Below are positions 1-15,766 of a stretch of 64,000 bases of DNA, piece by piece. The stretch's first letter is position 1. Each line of letters begins with the position of its first letter. A model generated the notes under the pieces. That model did not search any database. It saw only the letters and a list, made by a program, of their open reading frames with translations, and was not told the DNA's origin. Made by a program: the position numbers and the translations under genes. Origin of the DNA: Eledone cirrhosa (Eukaryota); contig OZ024750.1 in the NCBI GenBank assembly GCA_964016885.1, positions 45,446,001 to 45,510,000 on the forward strand. Reading direction: 5' to 3'.

Positions 1-2213
1 AATCTGCTGTACTCACGCCTAGAGATGGGTGAGCTCCGCCAGGTTTTAAATGCCCAAGAAACGCGTATGTCCTTACGGTGCCCTTACAGCTCTGTCAGGA
101 GTTACTGTACCATACATACATACAGAAATACATATGCTATTTAACTGATATTTCTAGAAATTCAAACAATATTTGGTTGCTTTATCGTTTAGTTGTAACG
201 ATATTTATTGATCATTTCAAAATATGTGTGGCTGCTACTTGTAGCAGTTTTTATGGCCACATAGATACTCCCATGTTATGTCCGATAAAGTCACTGAAGA
301 ATCGGATATAAACATATATATGTTATCCGGAGAAAATGAAATAGGCGGAAGAGAATTCTGTAGTCTACAGATCTGTGACAGATTTGTTACACAAGCTGTC
401 ATAAATCAATATTGGTGTGTTTATATAGGCTTAATCGATGACGGCTGGAGGCGTAATTAAACAACAAAACGTACGGTATAGCATACAAGGATCTCAGTGG
501 TTAATGTATTTATACAAATAAGGATTTCTATGTTATGCACAAAGCAAACAACTTTGGAGGGAAATAAATACTCGAATATATCAACAACAGAACTTGTCTG
601 GTAGTTTATTTTATCGACCTCGGCTTGATTGGAAGAGGTTCTATCTAAATATTACAAAGCACTTTACCCGTTGTTCTACGGATATTCCCAATCCAGCCAC
701 TACCCTTAGACTACTAATTTATGTGAAGGGTTTAATCGATTAAATCGACCCCCACAAAAGTGCTTATAACTTTTGTTTTCAATGCTTCGAAATAGTCTAA
801 CAAATAATTCTCATGAATAATTCTCATAAACCCTACGAGGCTATTATGGAATTTTAATTTTTTAATGAGAGGAAACATTTCTATAAACAATAAAGGAAGA
901 GAAAATAAGGACGGGAATGGGATAGATCTTCATAGGATTCCATCATACGTGTTCGGGGATTTTGATAGACGGAACAGTATACTCCTGAAATTAACTAGTA
1001 AGTGACTGAGCATTTAACTGACACGTGTACTCTTCACGTAATTCTCAGAGAGGTTCAGAGTGACATAGTGTGTGAGAAAACTAGCAATTTAAATTACATG
1101 TAACGTCCTGCCGACGGTCTTTCCAAAAATTTCCATCTCCCAAATTTCACTGGAAATTCACGGATCTTTTCGAGGCTATCGTAAATTATGCAAGCGCAAT
1201 ACTGTATCCAATGATTATCTAATGATTACAGAGATCATTGGGTAGCCATTGGGTAGCAACTTGGCCTTGCATACTGGGCACACGATAGGGGGATTCTATA
1301 AAAGGTACAAAATAAACATGAACATGAAACATAGAATGAGAGGGAAGCAAACATACCAAGAGTTAACCTTTCTTTGATACCAGCTAAATAGATAAATAAT
1401 AATCGACATCGACTATTATAGCTTCTTGAAAAAAGACACATTGATTCAAATCAAAAAGAGATCAGTCTATTATTTTAACCCAAAACATGACTATCAGATT
1501 ATTGCATCACCCTTCGTAAGAGTTCAATGTAAAGCTGCCCTCGGCGGGATTTAAAATCTAAACGTTATGATTGGGAAGAAATACGGCGAGACATGTGGTC
1601 TGATACTGCAACGGTTTTACTAATCCACAGTCCAATATAACATAACTATGTATTTATTTCTAGCTTATATTGCCAATACGATATATATATTGTTCATCCG
1701 GTAGATGACGTCCTGTCCAGGGGTAATCTTGCACTTTTAATCGCTTAACACCAATGAAAACCGGCATAAGCACCGGCCTGATGTGACAGACGGATGTTGA
1801 GAGACTTTAACTTTAAATCTAACTTTTATCTCGTACATGTTTGCATTCTTAAAGGGTCTGATGTTAAACCCCTATCAATCCACCCTGTCTACTTTGAAAC
1901 AAAGTTGTATACTTTAAATCATTTCTACTTATCTAAAACAAACTCTCTCGTGATATTATCAATATATACTTAACTTAAGTTCCCCAAATCAGCTTAAACG
2001 CAGGAATGTTATTCAGAAAACCTAACAAGTTTTTAATTCTTTTAAGACACTATTTGAAAATCATAGACAAGGACTATCATTAAAGAATGTGTCAAGGAAA
2101 TCTTTAAGTAAGTTAGCACTAACTTAAGTACTGTTTTATTTTCGTGCGAAAGTGCATCTAATTTAACAAATTTCTAAATAATTCTATAAGAAAGTTGCCT
2201 AGTGTTTATTATT

Positions 2214-2406
2214 GGTGGATTGGCAGAATCGGTAGAGGGTCGGACGCCATGCTTTGACGCATAGAGTTACGGCTCTTGCCATTCTGAGTTCAAATCCCGA
2301 CGAGGTTAACTTTGCCATTAATCCTTACGGGGTCGATAAAATAAATTACCAGTAATGCACTGGGTAATTGCTGGCCTTGAGCCAAAGAGTAGAAACAATT
2401 ATTATT
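2214..2406 (+). mobile_element. tRNA-derived SINE (family S1), full length
   Basis: Pol III A box TGGCAGAATCGG and B box GAGTTCAAATCC; conserved body ...CCTTACGGGGTCGATAAAATAAA.TACCAG; (ATT)n tail; about 18 copies in the window. Confidence 0.9.
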
Positions 2407-3021
2407 TAAAATTGACTAAATATATATAATTTAATAGAGAAAGAAAAATCAATTAGATTAAGACGAAAGAATAGAATGTAAAATAAGAATATATATTTAC
2501 AAAAAAAAGGGTAATGAAGCGAAATGCAAGGTCTTTACTGTCCCATAAAAATGGGGAGGGGAGTTTGGTTGTTTCTGGGCCTGAGGCACGGCGTTTATGG
2601 GGCTGTAATATCCTACGAAAAGGACTACGAATCTCTGAATATTTACTTATTGGATCATCCATAACTAATTTAACAAGATAAGGAAGGTAATACTTGGCTG
2701 AAGAAGCCAGTAATAGTAAGAAAGATATCTCATGTTTTTTCCTGTATTTCTCATACATATGAAAACACTATTTGTATGAGGTTAATATATATTTCCTACT
2801 ATATATAAGTTTAAGTTGTTTATCCTCCACGTTACCACCGATTTACCTAGGTTAGTCTAACCCGGAATATTTACTCACCTTACAATCCATTCACTCCAGT
2901 TTATGTCGGTTTCTTTCTATAATATGGACATTTTCGCTTTCATTTCTTACCGTTGTTAATAAAATAAAATAAAATGAATCACCTTTATTGTTGGAGTAGT
3001 TGCTGTTATCATGACAGTAGC

Positions 3022-3110
3022 GATAATGATGATGATGATGGTGGTGTTGGTGTTGGTGGTGTTGGTAGTGGTGTTGGTGGTGGTGGTGGTCGTGGTGGTC
3101 GTGGCGGCGG
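3022..3110. repeat. (GAT)n/(GGT)n trinucleotide microsatellite
   Basis: Seen directly; source of the spurious poly-V and poly-H ORFs. Confidence 0.9.
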
Positions 3111-3822
3111 TGTTTGTACTTAAGGACACTGCAGCACCAATCTTTTCTTATGAAAGGCAAAAGAAAGACAATGGTAATGAAAGAAATATCTATGATAATT
3201 TGATATATTTAAAAGTTAAAATGTCATCCTCACGCATGCGGACAAGAATAAAACCAACACAATACCTGAGAACCGAGTACACAGGCAGTAACACGCAGGG
3301 AAGAACCACACACTCATACCTACAAACACACATACAACCTAACGATAACAAGTATCACCACATGGAGACTCCCGCATATACAGACACCTGCCTACGTAAA
3401 CAAACACAAGAACGAATTCGAACCTGTCGGAAATGACATAGGTTCAGACATGATGTTAAAAGGTTCACTTCACAAATAAGGATTTAAGGGTTCAATCCCA
3501 CAGTGCTCTACGCCAGATTAGTGTCAGTAACCGAACTTCGGATCGATATGAGCTTTGTGCTAAAATTAATTAATTGATTGTACAGAAAAGGCGACAGAAC
3601 GGTTCGGGTGTAATTTATCTATATATTATCAGGTGTAGCGTATTCAAGATTAATTTTGATGTTGGATTTAGTTAGTGGAGAACGATCAGTTGACAGTTAA
3701 ATTTCAGACCCTGTCTCCGGTCCAGTAATATATCCCGCACTATTGAATAGCCGTACACAACAGACTCAGGGTGACGGACGTATGAAAAGAAAACTTCTGT
3801 ATAATACAACAGATCTAATCCC

Positions 3823-4010
3823 ATAATAATTGTTTCTATTTTAGGCACAAGGTTAGCAATTACCCAGTACATTACTGGTACTTTATTTTATCGACCCCGT
3901 AAGGATGAAACGCAAAGTTAACCTCGGCGGGATTTGAACTCAGAATGGCAAGGGCCGTAACTCTATGCGTCAAAGCATAGCGTCCGACCCTCTACCGATA
4001 CTGCCAATCC
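3823..4010 (-). mobile_element. SINE S1 copy
   Basis: Reverse complement of the S1 body; AATCCCATAATAAT occurs at both ends (possible target-site duplication). Confidence 0.9.
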
Positions 4011-4011
4011 C

Positions 4012-4230
4012 ATAATAATGATTTCTAGTATAGGCAGAAAGCCAGTAATTTGCGGGGGTAGAAAGTCGATTAAATCGACCCCAGTACGTTACTGGTGCTT
4101 TATTTTATCGACCCCATAAGAATGAAAGGCAATGTTAAACTCGGCGGGATGTGAACGCCGATTATAAAGGGTCGTAGCTCTATGCTGCAAAGCATGGTGT
4201 CCGACTCTCTACCGATACTGCCAGTCCACC
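4012..4230 (-). mobile_element. SINE S1 copy, long variant with extra GTCGATTAAATCGAC hairpin segment
   Basis: S1 A/B boxes and body on the minus strand, head-to-tail with the 3823-4010 copy. Confidence 0.85.
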
Positions 4231-5695
4231 TCTCTGTAGTCTCATAATAATCGCAAGAACAATACCATAAAACAACATGCCAATACACGCCCTAGGAACG
4301 ATCCCACCTCCAGGGATATCGAGCAGATTCTTAATATTTACAACATTTAAAGAGAGAAGAACTGCTAGAAACTGCCACATGTGCACCTGGAGATAGATTC
4401 GACATTCAGTTCGAATACTCACGGACTCCTCTGAGGATGTTCCTATCTGAGAATAGAATCAAACATACTAACGATATTGGTCAAATATCTAATAAACGAT
4501 GTGGATGTGTATTTCATTCGGTGCTGCACCACATATGTGGCAAGAAATGCAGCGTATTCTACAGAGGTAGTACCTTCGCCGGACTGCATATCTGATTTTA
4601 TGGTGGTTATACGTTTTCAACAGTCATATGCTGAGTGACGCTCAAGAAAACTGGTGAAGTCACACATAATACAGATCTCCGCCTCTATATAATGGGTTTA
4701 AGGGAGCTGTTTACCGACAACACTTGATACTACAGAATCACAAAATGTTCTTTACCTATAGAACACCATCCTGAAGGTTCTTAACTTGTCACCTTTTACC
4801 AGCGACCCTCTTGTCATGTTCTGGCCTTACAAAATGTATGTAAATAACACCGCTAATAATTCAGTTTTCGATTCAGAATAATTCTCCATTAAAAAAGTCT
4901 GTGATACAAATAAATCCAATTTAATCCAGGGCCTTCTCATTAATGTTGGAGAATCCCTTCCCTGATTGACATTCTTTTAACAGCTGTTGCTATTTGTACT
5001 GCTGGAGCGCCACTTACTCTTATCACCAGACCAGGGTCTGATAGAGTAGCCGGTTAAATCACCGACCAGACAACCATGAGGTAAGTTATAGAGGGTAAGG
5101 TGTTACCTGTCACAGGAAAAAAGCCGGATCTAATCATAGCAAAATTGGTTATAGCCACCTCAGTGCAACCGATTCTTTTCGCGTACTACATTCCACTGTT
5201 ATCTGTACAGAGTATGTAGATGATAATTTCTATCTATTTCCATAGTGATGTTTTCCTCACGTCTTATCCTAATATACTGGTCACCCATAAAACACATATA
5301 TAAGTACATCGTCAATTTCAGTGTATCCTCAAATGCAGCCTGAAAATTCTACACGGTGAAACTCAAGGTAACTGATGTCAGTTTTACCGCCCAAATTGTA
5401 CCTGCATGTTTTATAATCAAATAGTAACTATTTACACATATTCTCTTTCTCTCAAGCTTTCGCTCTCCTTTTCATTCTCCAGAGCACGTACGCACGCGCA
5501 TATGTATATGAGTGTGTGATTTTATATTCAAGTGTATATATGTATTTATATGATATAGGTTAGCACATATATGTTTTTTTCCGATGAGCCCGTGAGAAGC
5601 AAGTGAAACTCCAATGTACCAAGCCTCACTATTTAGTCTGTTACAATATATATACATACACACACACACACATGCGCACACACACGCACACACGC

Positions 5696-5767
<72 letters not shown>

Positions 5768-5866
5768 AATTCGAAGTTGGCAAGCCACGACAATGCAGGT
5801 TGGGACGGAAGAAAATTAAATCGTAAGAAACAGGGTTTTCTTTTCTTACCTTCATTTATTCACATG

Positions 5867-5904
5867 TCCTGATATTTCGAGATTAATAACTCTTCTTCCG
5901 AGGA
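5867..5904 (-). ncRNA. Minimal type-I hammerhead ribozyme motif (U4G variant)
   Basis: Minus strand reads TCCT-CGGAAGA-AGAG ttattaat CTC-GAAA-TA-TC-AGGA; stem I TCCT/AGGA; homologous decayed copy at 33896-33932. Confidence 0.55.
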
Positions 5905-6024
5905 AAATAAGGGAACTATTCCAGTGTCCGATGTGGCTTGCTATACCATGGCGGCCATGCTATAGCAAACCACACTGGCATAGTTCTGTATACCATATAC
6001 AATGTAAACTACACATTTTTTCAT

Positions 6025-6052
<28 letters not shown>

Positions 6053-6055
<3 letters not shown>

Positions 6056-6560
6056 TGTTATACTTTGGGGAGGTCATGTTGCCAATAAGAAACACACGCA
6101 CCATTGCTTTCACTTCAATTTATTATAAATTTATAAATTTAGGCATTTATAAATTTGCGGTTGGTTGATTGGTTCCACAACCAGACGATTGTTCATATAT
6201 TGTCAAAGTTCTTTCGTCACATTCTGTGACCTCTTCTGTCCCTGGGAATTATTTTCTTTGTTTTTGTGCCTCTCCTTTGTTCTGTCCTACGCCATCTTGT
6301 TTTTGTGTGTGTTGTGTGCTTAGTTTGCGCATGTGTTACATCCGGGTGTCTGTGTGTGTTTATAATTGTTTATTTACATGTTACTGGTTGGTTGTTTGTT
6401 CTATGTGTGTGTGTGTTTTCATTTTGTCCTTAATTGTAAGTTGTGATGTTGCTGTTCCATTCATGTTTTCGATTTAATTTTGACCCTCCCAAAGTATAAC
6501 AATATCGGTTTCAACACACGTTTTCAGATAAAGAATCTTGCTAAACAAATTAATAAACTA
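6053..6560. mobile_element. Unclassified (TA)n-inserted repeat with a ~25 bp inverted repeat and a one-sided tail
   Basis: ATATTGTTATACTTTGGGGAGGTCA near 6051-6076 versus TGACCCTCCCAAAGTATAACAATAT at 6481-6505; homologous ends at ~24786-24820 and ~25915-25990. Confidence 0.65.
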
Positions 6561-6625
6561 TATATATATATTTATATATATATACAGAGAGAGAGAGAGA
6601 GATAGAGAGAGAGAGAGATATATAT

Positions 6626-6674
<49 letters not shown>

Positions 6675-6856
6675 GGGGTTAACCAGTTTAAACTAGTAAC
6701 ACCATTATTCAACATAGTATAAGATACTTGGGATGGTGTAGTGTAAACAATAGTCTCAGTGGCCGACGGCTGAGCTCTTGCCATTTTAACAGCAAATTCC
6801 AGAATGGAATTTATTGCCGAAGTGGCAAGAGCCGTGCCATCGAACCCTGACTAGCT

Positions 6857-6898
<42 letters not shown>

Positions 6899-7199
6899 TA
6901 TATATATAAATATATGTGTGTGTATGTGTGTGGGTGTGTGTGTGTGTGTATGTATATAGCTAAACATATGTATGGATGTATGTATGTACGTACGTATATA
7001 TGTATGTACAGATATCTGCCTATGTGTGTTCGTATGGATTAAAACTGCATATGTCAACTACGTTCATATAAATACATGAGTGAGAAACTAAAGAAACGTA
7101 CGAATGTATATATATTTATATATACATATTATATATATACATGGATACACGCATCTGCATGCATATACACATACACAGAAACACTGAAACATATGTATT

Positions 7200-7234
<35 letters not shown>

Positions 7235-7245
7235 GTATATATATA

Positions 7246-7638
7246 CGAGGGCAATCCCAAAAGTAAGGCCTCCTTCATATATTGCAACTTTTCCTTTAAT
7301 ATCCTGTGGATAGTGCTTCGGGAAACCTCAGGAACCAAAATGCAGAGCCCTTCCAGAGTGATCCGCCGATATTTACGCATGTTTTCCTAGGAAGGGGATC
7401 TTAATTTTGGGATTGCCCTCGTATATAATAACTGCGCGTAATTTGCACTTAGCGGTAGCGTTCAACGGGAGTTCCATTCTCAACAGCTGCCAAGCCCAGA
7501 TTGAGCATCCCAGCGATGCGCGCGCATGCTTGATTGGGAGTGAAGGAAGCACCAATCGCAACAGTGTTGCCAACAGCCGTACGAACAGTTTCACTGCGTC
7601 CCCATTTCTTTGGAGACCTTACTTTTGGGATTACCCTC

Positions 7639-7639
<1 letters not shown>
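7246..7639 (-). mobile_element. Internally deleted mariner (Tc1/mariner) remnant with three TIR copies
   Basis: TIR (TA)CGAGGGYAATCCCAAAAGTAAGG at 7246, 7421 (rc) and 7639 (rc), each abutting TA; minus-strand peptides [17 protein letters not shown] and [30 protein letters not shown] resemble the mariner transposase N-terminus/HTH. Confidence 0.85.
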
Positions 7640-10180
<2,541 letters not shown>

Positions 10181-10504
10181 AAAATTTAGCAGATACAGCT
10201 AGACATGTTGTTGTTGTTTTCTACTATGAAAAATATTCTAACAAATCGGGCATAAAGCCCCTGGTCTGGGAAAGGTTGATACCATCACCCTTGGGGCAAG
10301 AGCACATACCTACTGTTTTCCCTCCTTCAGGCGAGGCTATCAAGATTTCTTCGGCCAAGGGCTTTATGTAGAAACCGCTTGCTAAACGGTAGCGAGAGGT
10401 TGATAAAATGATTGATATGTAAGACAGAAGGAAAGGTTTTGTCAATTTTTTTAATATCTGCTAATATAAAAGTCTTGTGTACTTGTTCGTCACACTCTAG
10501 AGAT

Positions 10505-10710
10505 GACTGAGGAAGGAATGGTTGATAACTCCCACTGAGAAAGGCTGGGGTGATTACGTCGACATAGGAAGGAAGGGTGATGATGTCGACTGAGGAAGGA
10601 CGGGGTGATTACCTTGATTGAGGAAGAAAGTGTGATGATATCGACTGATGAAGGAAATAGTGATTACGTCGATTGAGGAAGGAAGGGTTGATAACGTTGA
10701 TTGAGGAAGG
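10505..10710. repeat. Degenerate ~27-28 bp minisatellite, about 7 units
   Basis: Units resembling GACTGAGGAAGGAAGGGTGATTACGTC. Confidence 0.8.
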
Positions 10711-11769
10711 ACAAACATCTCCTTTTTTATAATATGTGTAGATATTGGTCACGAAACTAACTCCTTAACCATTCACCTATTCCTACACATATATGGATAC
10801 ATGTTTCTGTGTTACTCCTTCTCACTTTATATATCTCTGAGAATGTCATTCTTAAAAAAACCTCCATATGGCGAAATGAGACCACTCCTTCTTCAATGTT
10901 TTACAGGTTGAGAGATTAAATTTGTCAGATTAACCACATCGCTTCTATTTTCAGTCTGCTACCGTTTTAAAAAATGGTATAGGTATGCGTAATACATAAT
11001 TGATCTCTGACAGGGGGAATTTAGATATTATGGATGTATAATATAATCAATTAGACCAGTGATTCTCACCCTTTTTTTACCCATGGACCACTTTCACTCT
11101 TAATCTTTTTTTAGCGAACCCCATAACCATTCGACAAAAAAAGGTAATGTTGACCTATGAACCCTGACCACAAATGAGAGGGGTAAACACATTTGGCTAC
11201 AATGCATGAATATGACTTTTGATTCGTTCGATTAAGACTGACATGAAGTTAAACCACAAAATTTGCTGACTGATGTTTTATTCTGAGATATAAGTCGAGA
11301 AGCTGAAATTAGTTTAGACTTTAGATACAAACAATGTCTTTAAATGTACGTGTACCACTCGAAAAGCTAATAAGCGTAGCCAGGTTTTCGTAAGGTCAGA
11401 AACTGTTACATGTAAAAAGAAAAGTCATATCAGATAATATATGGATTATGTATCCACAATAAAGGCTGATACGTGTGACTTTAACAATGCCATCGAGCCA
11501 TCAGGGTGAGTCTATGTGATGGTTCGATCTCCTATAAATAGCGCCTATATTTCCATCAAACTCAGCTGTAAAGTTGATGACACTTTCATAATATTACATA
11601 TTACATATATATTAGTACAAATACGTGATATTAGTCACTCGAATACATTCCATCAGACATCAACAATAAAACGAACCACTCCAACGTTATTTTGCATAAT
11701 GAAGACCTCCAATATAACTTATCAGAGACATCAAGGCGTTGACACCAAATGGAAAGAAACTATGCATAA

Positions 11770-14690
11770 ACAATTAATGATAAACATGGATGCCGACTGT
11801 TACAGCAACAACGACGTCTACGACATCAGAAATATCAACAACATTAGTAGCAATAAGAAGAAGAACAAAGACGATACAAACGAGGAAAACGACGGCGGCA
11901 AACACTAAAGCTACTAACGCCAACACCAACACCAACAAAGACGACAATATCAAGACTAACACGAACATCACCGAAAACGGAAAAAAGAGAAGAAACTCGA
12001 TCAACGCCGACAACAAAACAGAAGCACCAGCAATAATAATAAAACGAATACCAAAATAAGGAAAACCAACAATGATGACAACATCAACAACAACTCCGCC
12101 AACGCCAATACCACAAAACCATCACCACCACCCACCAACAAGGACACCACCGCGTATCACGGTCACCGTCACCACTACCACCACCATCGTCGCTACCACC
12201 ACCAGCATTAACTGTACTAACAACACCATCACAACAAACACCACCACCAACACCGCAGCAACCACGACAAGCAACACTACAACTACCACCATCACCACCA
12301 CAACACCATCACCATCACCAACACCAACACCACCACCACCACAAGAAACAACACTACTTCTACCTCCAGTACCGCCATCACCGTCACCATCACCAACACC
12401 AGCACCACCACCACCACAAGAAACAACACTACTACTACCGCCATCACCACCACAACACCATCACCATCACTATCACCTTCACCACCACAATCACAAGAAA
12501 CAACACTACTACTACCACCATCACCACCACAACACCATCACCATCACCATCACCTTCACCACCACAATCACAATAAACAACACTACTACTACCGCCATCA
12601 CCACCACAAAACCATCACCATCACCATCACCAACACCAACACCACCACAACCACAAGAAACAACACTACTACTACGACCATCACCATCATCAACACCATC
12701 ACCAACACCACCAAAACCACAAGAAACAACACTACTTCTACCTCCAGTACCACCAATACCACCACTACCACCACCATCACCACACCAACACCATCACCAT
12801 CACCAACACCACCAAAACCACAAGAAACAACACTACTTCTAACTCCAGTACCACCATCACCACTACCACCACCACACCAACACCATCACCAACACCAACA
12901 CCACCACAACCACAAGAAACAGCACTACTTCTACCTCCAGTACCACCACCACCACCAACACCACGGCAACCACGAGAAACCACACCACCACCACCACTAC
13001 CACCACCACCACCACACAACTGCAACCACGAGAAACCACACCACCACCACCACCACTACCACCACCACCACCACTACCACCACCTCCAACACCACCGCAA
13101 CCACGAGAAACCACACCACCACCACCACCACTACCACCACCACCACCACTACCACCACCTCCAACACCACCGCAACCACGAGAAACCACACCACCACCAC
13201 CACCACTACCACCACCACCACCACTACCACCACCACCACCTCCAACACCACGGCAACCACGAGAAACCACATCACCACCACCAACACCACGGCAACCACG
13301 AGGAACCACACCACCACCACCACACCACCACCACCACCACCACCACCACCAACACCACGGAAACCACGAGAAATCAAACCACCACCACCACCAACAACAC
13401 CACGGCAACCACTAGAAACAACACCACCACCACTACCACCACCACGACAACCACGAGAGACACCACCACCACCACCACCACCACCACCACGGCAACCACG
13501 AGAGACACCACCACTACCACCACCACCACCACCACGGCAACCACGAGAGCCACAACCACTACCACCACCACCACCACCACCACTACCACCACCACCACCT
13601 CCAACACCACGGCAACCACGAGAAACCACATCACCACCACCACTACCACCACCACGGCAACCACGAAAGACACCACCACCACAACCACCACCACCACCAC
13701 CACGGCAACCACGAGATACACCACCACCACCACCACCACCACGGCAACCACTAGAAACACCACCACCACCACCACTACCACCACCACGGCAACCACGAGA
13801 TACACCACCACCACCACCACCACCACCACGGCAACCACGAGAAACAACACCACCACCACCACTACCACCACCACCACCTCCAACACCACGGCAACCACGA
13901 GAAACCACACCACCACCACCACCACTACCACCACCACCACCACTACCACCACCACCACCTCCAACACCACGGCAACCACGAGAAACCACATCACCACCAC
14001 CAACACCACGGCAACCACGAGGAACCACACCACCACCACCACACCACCACCACCACCACCACCACCACCACCACCAACACCACGGAAACCACGAGAAATC
14101 AAACCACCATCACCACCAACAACACCACGGCAACCACGAGAGACACCACCACTACCACCACCACCACCACCACGGCAACCACGAGAGACACCACCACTAC
14201 CACCACCACCACCACCACCACTACCACCACCACCACCTCCAACACCACGGCAACCACGAGAAACCACATCACCACCACCACCACCACTACCACCACCACG
14301 GCAACCACGAAAGACACCACCACCACCACCACCACCACCACCACCACGGCAACCACGAGATACATCACCACCACCACCACCACCACCACGGCAACCACTA
14401 GAAACACCACCACCACCACCACTACCACCACCACCACCACCACCACCACGGCAACCACGAGAAACAACACCACCAACTACGACGACCACCACCACCACCA
14501 CCACCACCACCACGGCAACCACGAGAAACAACACCACCAACTACGACGACGACGACCACCACCACCACCACCACGGCAACCACGAGAAACAACACCACCA
14601 ACTACTACCACCACCACCACCACCACTACCACCACCACCACATATACCAACGTCATCACCCTAGTCGACTTCAACAGCATTCTAACAACA
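11770..14690. repeat. (CCA/CAA)n-derived complex minisatellite with a recurrent CCACGGCAACCACGAGAAAC module
   Basis: Dozens of modules separated by variable (CCA)n runs; the reading frame shifts repeatedly. Confidence 0.9.
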
Positions 14691-15012
14691 ATACATTGCT
14701 AAATTATGATGTAGCAGATTTAATATGTCAATGTATCCATATCTCGTTTTAATTGGGAATCACATTAAATGTGTTAGCACTAAATATGTCTTTATGTCTC
14801 TTATTTTTTCATTGAAGGAGTGGAGTTTTATTCAACAGCTCTGGCAAAGGAAGTTTCTTCCAAGATCTCCAATGAGGTTGTACATGTGAATTATCTCTCA
14901 TTGTTCCGGCAGCAATAGAACTTGTTTGGAAACATAGTGAGATTCTTATTCACATGTAAGGATATGGCTGTTTTATTTTAATATAATTTGTGTTATATAT
15001 GAGCTTTATTAA

Positions 15013-15125
15013 TTTCAAATCCCGCCGAGGTTGACTTTGCCTTTCATCCTTACGGGGTCGATAAAATAAAGTACCAGTAATGCACTGGGTGATTGCTGGC
15101 CTTGTGCCTAAAGTAGAAACATCTA
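15013..15125 (+). mobile_element. SINE S1, 5'-truncated
   Basis: Begins at the B box; S1 body and 3' end present. Confidence 0.85.
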
Positions 15126-15278
15126 TTAATTAACTATATATATATGTAGGACATTGTGTGTGTATATATATATATTAATATGGTGGCGGAAGTCTAAGTG
15201 GTTGTTCTAGTGCAAATGTGTAATCACGAATACACATGCATATATACACACTGTGACACATACACACACACACAGATA

Positions 15279-15397
<119 letters not shown>

Positions 15398-15486
15398 GTA
15401 TATGTATGTATATATAAATATAAATATAAATATATATATATATATATGCATGTATGTATATACATATATATATATACATACATACC

Positions 15487-15517
<31 letters not shown>

Positions 15518-15529
15518 ACATACATATAC

Positions 15530-15606
<77 letters not shown>

Positions 15607-15686
15607 TGTCTGCCTGTGTGTGTTTGTGTAACATTGTCTATATATATGCATGTGTATTCGTGATTACACCTTATATATACATACAC

Positions 15687-15766
<80 letters not shown>

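Noticed and set aside
289-378. CTGAAGA plus a TCGGATA/TATCCGG hairpin as a hammerhead
   Set aside because: GAAA is not followed by a stem III-UH-stem I arrangement in register
2879-2916. Minus-strand segment ending in a strong AAG|GTGAGT donor
   Set aside because: Weak acceptor and no recognisable peptide or partner exon
4300-4570. Possible decayed GIY-YIG (NCHMC...VYFIRCCTTYV)
   Set aside because: Only scattered residues across stops and frameshifts; not supportable by eye
12072-14680. Long Pro/Thr-rich and Gly/Val-rich ORFs as mucin, extensin or glycine-rich proteins
   Set aside because: (CCA)n-derived, open in several frames on both strands, frames shift, and no splice or signal-peptide context
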